A DNA stretch of 60,360 bases, counting the filler. It is 5 parts of 5 records of this genome, joined end to end, with 100 filler letters (N's around TTAATTAATTAA, not from the genome) between each part and the next. Parts side by side here need not be neighbours in the genome. Positions count along the whole stretch, not along the records: positions 53,274 to 60,360 come from DRR723986_11244; 4 more parts are not named here. One strand, written 5' to 3'. Positions 53,825-60,360 of the stretch are shown piece after piece; positions within the stretch are counted from its first letter, which is position 1; each line of letters begins with the position of its first letter. Below the pieces are notes generated by a model, which had not been told where the DNA came from, ran no database searches, and was given only the letters and a program-made list of their open reading frames with translations. The position numbers and the translations under genes were made by a program.

Positions 53825-55504
53825 TTACTGCATCGGAATGTGGATTCCGTGCTCCGCAGCATTTTTACTGGCACGGTCGTAGCCGGCATCTGCGTGACGC
53901 AAAATACCCATCAAAGGATCGTATGTTAATACGCGCTGCAGACGCTTGGCCGCTTCGGGGGTTCCGTCCGCAACTACAACCATTCCGGCGTGGATCGAGA
54001 GGCCCATGCCAACTCCGCCGCCATGATGCAGTGAGGTCCAGGTGGCGCCACCAATTGAGTTTAAGGCAAAGTTTAAGTAAACCCAATCGGCAACTGCGTC
54101 AGTACCGTCCTTCATCGCTTCAGTTTCGCGGTGTGGAGAAGCGACGGAGCCGCAGTCCAGATGGTCGCGTCCAATCACGATTGGAGCTTTAACTTTTCCC
54201 TGAGCCACAAGATCGTTAAACAACTTGCCGGCCTTGGCGCGATCGCCATAACCCAACCAGCAAATACGCGAAGGCAGTCCCTGGAAACGCAAGCTGTTGC
54301 CGGCTTTGTTAATCCAGCGCTGCAGAGGCTCGTCGTCGGGAAACAGTTCACAAATGGCGCGGTCGGTGACGTAAATGTCTTCCGGGTCACCCGAGAGTGC
54401 TACCCAGCGGAAGGGGCCCTTGCCGTCGCAGAAGAGCGGACGTACAAATGCGGGCACAAAACCGGGGAAGTCAAAAGCGTTCTCGACGCCGGCATTTTCC
54501 TGCGCCTCACCGCGAATATTATTGCCGTAGTCAAAAACTATAGCACCTTTTTGCTGGAATGCGAGCATGGCTTTAACATGTTCGCCAATGCTTTTGCGTG
54601 AAGCTGCTACATAAGCCTCGGGATCGCTATCGCGCATGGCGTCGGCCTGTTCCTTGCTGAAGCCTGCGGGGTAATATCCGTTAAGTGGATCGTGTGCCGA
54701 AGTTTGGTCGGTAACGACATCGGGAATTACACCACGTTCGAGCATCTGCGGCAGGAGTTCGGCTGCATTGCCGAGCAGTCCAACTGAGATAGGCTCTTTG
54801 CGTTTAACATGGTCGTTAATGATTTCGAGCGCTTCGTCGAGCGTTTTGCACTTAACATCGCAGTAGCGGTCGTGGATGCGCTTATCAATGCGTTCTTCAT
54901 CCATTTCGATGCACAGCGCGGCAGCACCATTAAACGTGGCGGCCAATGGTTGTGCGCCACCCATGCCACCGAGGCCGGCAGTCAGGAGAAAACGACCGTG
55001 GAGGCTGCCGCCAAAGTGCTGGCGTGCACATTCGGCAAAGGTTTCGTAGGTGCCCTGGAGGATGCCCTGTGTGCCAATGTAAATCCAGGAGCCGGCAGTC
55101 ATCTGGCCGAACATCATCAGGCCGCGTTTGTCGAGTTCGCGGAAATGTTCCCAGTTGGCCCATTTGCCGACGAGGTTGGAGTTGGCGATCAGGACGCGCG
55201 GCGCATCGAGGTGTGTGCGTGCCACGCCGACAGGTTTGCCGGACTGCACGAGGAGCGTTTCGTCAACATCCATGTGCCGCAATGTGCTCAGGATGGCGTC
55301 AAAACTTTCCCAATTGCGTGCGGCTTTGCCGATTCCGCCGTAGACAATCAGTTTTTCGGGGTGTTCGGCAACTTCGGGGTCCAGATTGTGCTGGATCATG
55401 CGGTAAGCCGCTTCGATTTGCCAATTTTTGCAGGAGAGTTCCAGTCCGCGCGGGACGTGGATAGTTCGTTTGCCCGTCTGGGGCTGTTGTGCGACGTCAC
55501 TCAT
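53825..55504 (-). CDS. hutU: Urocanate hydratase
   Basis: [52 protein letters not shown]. Confidence 0.98.
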   Translation of the reverse strand: MSDVAQQPQTGKRTIHVPRGLELSCKNWQIEAAYRMIQHNLDPEVAEHPEKLIVYGGIGKAARNWESFDAILSTLRHMDVDETLLVQSGKPVGVARTHLDAPRVLIANSNLVGKWANWEHFRELDKRGLMMFGQMTAGSWIYIGTQGILQGTYETFAECARQHFGGSLHGRFLLTAGLGGMGGAQPLAATFNGAAALCIEMDEERIDKRIHDRYCDVKCKTLDEALEIINDHVKRKEPISVGLLGNAAELLPQMLERGVIPDVVTDQTSAHDPLNGYYPAGFSKEQADAMRDSDPEAYVAASRKSIGEHVKAMLAFQQKGAIVFDYGNNIRGEAQENAGVENAFDFPGFVPAFVRPLFCDGKGPFRWVALSGDPEDIYVTDRAICELFPDDEPLQRWINKAGNSLRFQGLPSRICWLGYGDRAKAGKLFNDLVAQGKVKAPIVIGRDHLDCGSVASPHRETEAMKDGTDAVADWVYLNFALNSIGGATWTSLHHGGGVGMGLSIHAGMVVVADGTPEAAKRLQRVLTYDPLMGILRHADAGYDRASKNAAEHGIHIPMQ

Positions 55505-55706
55505 GGTATTCTGCAGATGTAGATGTGAACCGAATCGTAGCCTGCCTTGCGTTCAATTCGATGAGAAACTCGTCAATAACTGCTGTGGGCGCTGCCGCAG
55601 CATGCCGCACAGAATTTTTGTGCCTGAAGACGTTCATGCCCCAAGGTCTTTTTTCCCGGAAGTGATGCCCGGGAGAAATGTCTGGAAGAGGGCGCTGCGG
55701 GAACTC

Positions 55707-56078
55707 TTAACTGCCTTGCGACTGTTCGCGTGCATGTAGCGCCTGTAACTGTGCATCGTCCAGCTGTTTTGCTTCAGCTAGACTGCGCAGTAACTCCCAT
55801 GGGTAAATGCCGGTGTTGTGTCCGTCACGCCAACCAACCTGGATGGCGTAATTGCCAACTGGATTGATGCCTTCAATCTCGAACATTCCGGGACTGAAAG
55901 TCATCAGAGAAGGAGGTGCGACGACGCGTCCCATAATCGACTCGCCCTTGCAACTGGCGCAGGGGCAGCCTTTACGGAACTCTTCTGTCGTGATAGTAGC
56001 CGCGAAGCCATCTGCCCATTCCATGCGCAGCAGAAAAGGTTTGGGCGTGTTGATTTTACGAGGAATCAGAGGATTCAT
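55707..56078 (-). CDS. DUF971 / gamma-butyrobetaine hydroxylase N-terminal-like protein
   Basis: CPCASC, VGNYAI, W.DGH.TGIY.W; start placed at ATG 56078. Confidence 0.88.
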   Translation of the reverse strand: MNPLIPRKINTPKPFLLRMEWADGFAATITTEEFRKGCPCASCKGESIMGRVVAPPSLMTFSPGMFEIEGINPVGNYAIQVGWRDGHNTGIYPWELLRSLAEAKQLDDAQLQALHAREQSQGS

Positions 56079-56282
56079 AAGCAGGAGGGTGCGCCGGGCG
56101 CACAAAAAAACGCGCTCGGCAATCTGGCGCGATGATGACCGTTTTCACGATCTGTACCACTTTGCCGACTACAACGTCAGTGGGGTAATACAATTTTATA
56201 ATCAGTCAACAATTTTGCATTTTTGCTCTCTGGAGTTGACTGGATATCACATAATACTCAAACTCTATTTGGAGCCGTTGCG

Positions 56283-56609
56283 ATGGCTGATTTACAGAAA
56301 TTTACCGATGCCAATTTTGAGGCCGAAGTCCTCAAATCTGATAAACCAGTACTTGTTGACTTCTGGGCTACCTGGTGTGGACCTTGCCGTGCAATGGAAC
56401 CTGCCGTAGTGGAAGTCAGCGAAGAATTCAGTGGCAAAGCCGTAGTTGGCAAGCTGAATGTTGATGAAAATCAGGGCGTTGCCGCCAAATACGGCATCCG
56501 CTCGATTCCGGCACTGCTGTACTTTAAGGATGGCGAGGTTGTTGGTACGACCGTCGGCATGACCAAAAAAGCAGCCATTGTCGACAAGCTGAATACCGTG
56601 CTGGCTTAA
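56283..56609 (+). CDS. trxA: Thioredoxin
   Basis: VLVDFWATWCGPC, YGIRSIP. Confidence 0.96.
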   Translation: MADLQKFTDANFEAEVLKSDKPVLVDFWATWCGPCRAMEPAVVEVSEEFSGKAVVGKLNVDENQGVAAKYGIRSIPALLYFKDGEVVGTTVGMTKKAAIVDKLNTVLA

Positions 56610-56778
56610 GGCCGGGCACTCAGCTCTTTAAAATCTCTCCTGCAAAATTTCGTGGTTTGCGTGTAACTGATATCTAGAATATCTGATGCGCAAACCACGT
56701 ATTTTTTTGTTGAAATTGGTTCATCCCGTTCCCTAATCATTGGCGCATGCATTTTTGACGTGTGCTGAAAGGTTTTTG

Positions 56779-58483
<1,705 letters not shown>

Positions 58484-58606
58484 GTGCTGTTTTTGGCTGT
58501 GTTAAACAGCGGCTGAAAACTTCTGCGGCGTGCGCGCGTGTTTAAGCGGGCGCACGCTTAAACTTCTGACTGATATTATTCACGTTTAATATACTGGGTT
58601 CGATCC

Positions 58607-60004
58607 ATGATCGTTTTTGGGACCGATGGCTGGCGTGGTGAGATCGCCCGCGACTTCACCTTTGAAAATCTGTCCTATGTAGCCCAAGCCACAGCGGAAT
58701 ATGCGCTGGCGCTTGCTCCGGACAAACCGTCCGTTGTTATCGGCTATGACGCGCGATTCCTTTCGCGTGAATTTGCGGAAGAAGCTGCCTGTACTTTGGC
58801 TGCGCGCGGCGTTCTCGTGCACCTGGCCAACAGCATCTCTTCCACTCCACAGGTCTCCTTTGCCGCCAAGCAAAAAAAGGCGACGCTGGGCGTTGTGATT
58901 ACGGCCAGCCACAACCCGCCGAACTACAATGGATTTAAACTCAAAGGCGGATTCGGTGGTCCTGCACTCCCGGAGCAAATTAAGGAACTCGAAACCATTG
59001 TTGCCAAGTACGAGAGTGCCGGTACCGTGGCTGAGTTCAGTCCGCTGGACGACTATATCAAAGAAAAAACCGTGCGGATGTTTAATGCCAAGGAATCGTA
59101 CTTGCGCTACCTTAAACGCAAAATCGATGTTAAAGGCATTATTGACTCCGGCCTGCGTGTGGCTTACGACCCCATGCACGGCGCCGGAATTAACACAATC
59201 GACAGCATCCTGCCGAATACACATGAAATTCACGGCGACTACAATCCCTCGTTTGGAGATGTTAAACATCCCGAGCCAATGGCAGAGAATCTTTTGCCCC
59301 TGATTGAATTGATGAAAGCCGGAAATCACGACATCGGTTTTGCTACCGACGGTGATGCCGACCGCCTGGGCGCGGTTGACGAGAACGGCCGTTTTATCGA
59401 TTCACACCGCATTTTTATGCTGCTCCTCAAGTACTTGTTTGAGGATAAACGCAAGCGCGGCGCCGTCGCCAAAACCGTTTCGCTCACCGCAATGGTCGAT
59501 AAATACTGCGAAAAACACAATTTAACAATCAGGGAAACTCCCGTCGGCTTTAAGTACATCAGTAAACTGATGCTCGACGAGAAAATTCTGATTGGTGGCG
59601 AGGAATCGGGTGGGATTGGCACCCTGCTGCACATTCCCGAGCGCGACGGTATTTTTAACGCCCTGCTGCTCATGGAAATGATGATTACACGCAAGAAGTC
59701 ACTTGCCGAGCTGTGTGAAGAACTCGACGCGGAATTTGGTTTGCATCGTTATCGCCGTCGTGATGTTAAAGTTACACAAGCGGTTAAAGATCGCGTGTTA
59801 ACAGCAGCTGCGGCCCAGCCCACAAAGTTGGGGCGTTACGATGTGGAGCGTTATGATGGTCGTGACGGGCACAAGTTTTTTGTTAAAAACGGCTGGCTCC
59901 TGATTCGCGCATCCGGCACCGAACCTCTGCTGCGTTATTACGCTGAGGCCGATAGCCTCACAAAAGTTAACGAGCTGCTGGATGAAGGCATGAAGCTGGA
60001 GTGA
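58607..60004 (+). CDS. Phosphoglucomutase/phosphomannomutase family protein
   Basis: FGTDGWRG, TASHNP, DGDADR, GEESG, RASGTEP. Confidence 0.96.
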   Translation: MIVFGTDGWRGEIARDFTFENLSYVAQATAEYALALAPDKPSVVIGYDARFLSREFAEEAACTLAARGVLVHLANSISSTPQVSFAAKQKKATLGVVITASHNPPNYNGFKLKGGFGGPALPEQIKELETIVAKYESAGTVAEFSPLDDYIKEKTVRMFNAKESYLRYLKRKIDVKGIIDSGLRVAYDPMHGAGINTIDSILPNTHEIHGDYNPSFGDVKHPEPMAENLLPLIELMKAGNHDIGFATDGDADRLGAVDENGRFIDSHRIFMLLLKYLFEDKRKRGAVAKTVSLTAMVDKYCEKHNLTIRETPVGFKYISKLMLDEKILIGGEESGGIGTLLHIPERDGIFNALLLMEMMITRKKSLAELCEELDAEFGLHRYRRRDVKVTQAVKDRVLTAAAAQPTKLGRYDVERYDGRDGHKFFVKNGWLLIRASGTEPLLRYYAEADSLTKVNELLDEGMKLE

Positions 60005-60051
60005 CCGGCTTTACCTGCGAATCGCAGAAGTAGTGTGAAAGACAGATTTTT

Positions 60052-60089
60052 CAGGCGGGTAGTCTTATGACTGCTCGCCTGTTTTGTTT
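60052..60089 (+). terminator. Rho-independent terminator after PGM/PMM
   Basis: CAGGCGGGTAGTC-ttat-GACTGCTCGCCTG followed by TTTTGTTT. Confidence 0.75.
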
Positions 60090-60360
60090 AATGGCGTTTT
60101 GTAGTTAGGCGGGTGATCGAATGATTATTGCCTAGGCATGATATTCAGATTCTCTGATCGCTTTGAGCCCGGCGCAGCGCCTGGTCTCAGGCTCTTGTGA
60201 GGTTTTTGTTAGTTGGTGAGGCGGAAGAGTAAAGAATTTTAGCTGTTTTTAAGACTTCGAGTTTGATTGTGTTGGTTAGATGTGACGTGGCAAATCTTTA
60301 CTGTTGCGACTGAGCGTGTTGACGGAAGTATAAAGACTCGGGGATTGGGAGTCCCCCTCC

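Overview
The window is not one locus. It is five contigs joined by artificial 100-nt spacers (N-runs around TTAATTAATTAA) at 12880-12979, 24157-24256, 32149-32248 and 53174-53273, and the contigs appear to come from about three organisms. (1) 1-12879: gammaproteobacterial, Marinobacter-like housekeeping block (kdsA, pyrG, tilS, accA, dnaE, TlpA, arsC, wrbA, GspE/PilB ATPase). (2) 12980-24156: high-GC alphaproteobacterial-like catabolic cluster (nitroreductase, GalB-like hydratase, dihydroxyphthalate-decarboxylase-like protein, RraA/HMG aldolase, tripartite tricarboxylate transporter, IclR) next to a TnsB/TnsC-like transposon with a candidate terminus. (3-5) 24257-60360: FCB/Bacteroidota-type DNA with T9SS cargo proteins and TAnnTT(T)G promoters, encoding RND efflux, MFS, ABC exporter, fbaB, hutU, trxA, eno and PGM/PMM. 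The most interesting signal is in contig 4. A two-gene module (secreted phage-tail-fibre-like protein followed by a multidomain T9SS cargo protein) occurs as two diverged paralogous copies (36503-39591 and 49697-52688). Both copies have the same promoter architecture: GT(C/A)CAT direct repeats at 11-bp spacing overlapping the -33 box, then N19, then a TATATT(T)G -7 box. One copy lies directly downstream of a TPR-LuxR regulator gene. Taxonomic and domain calls are from motif recognition only; no searches were run.
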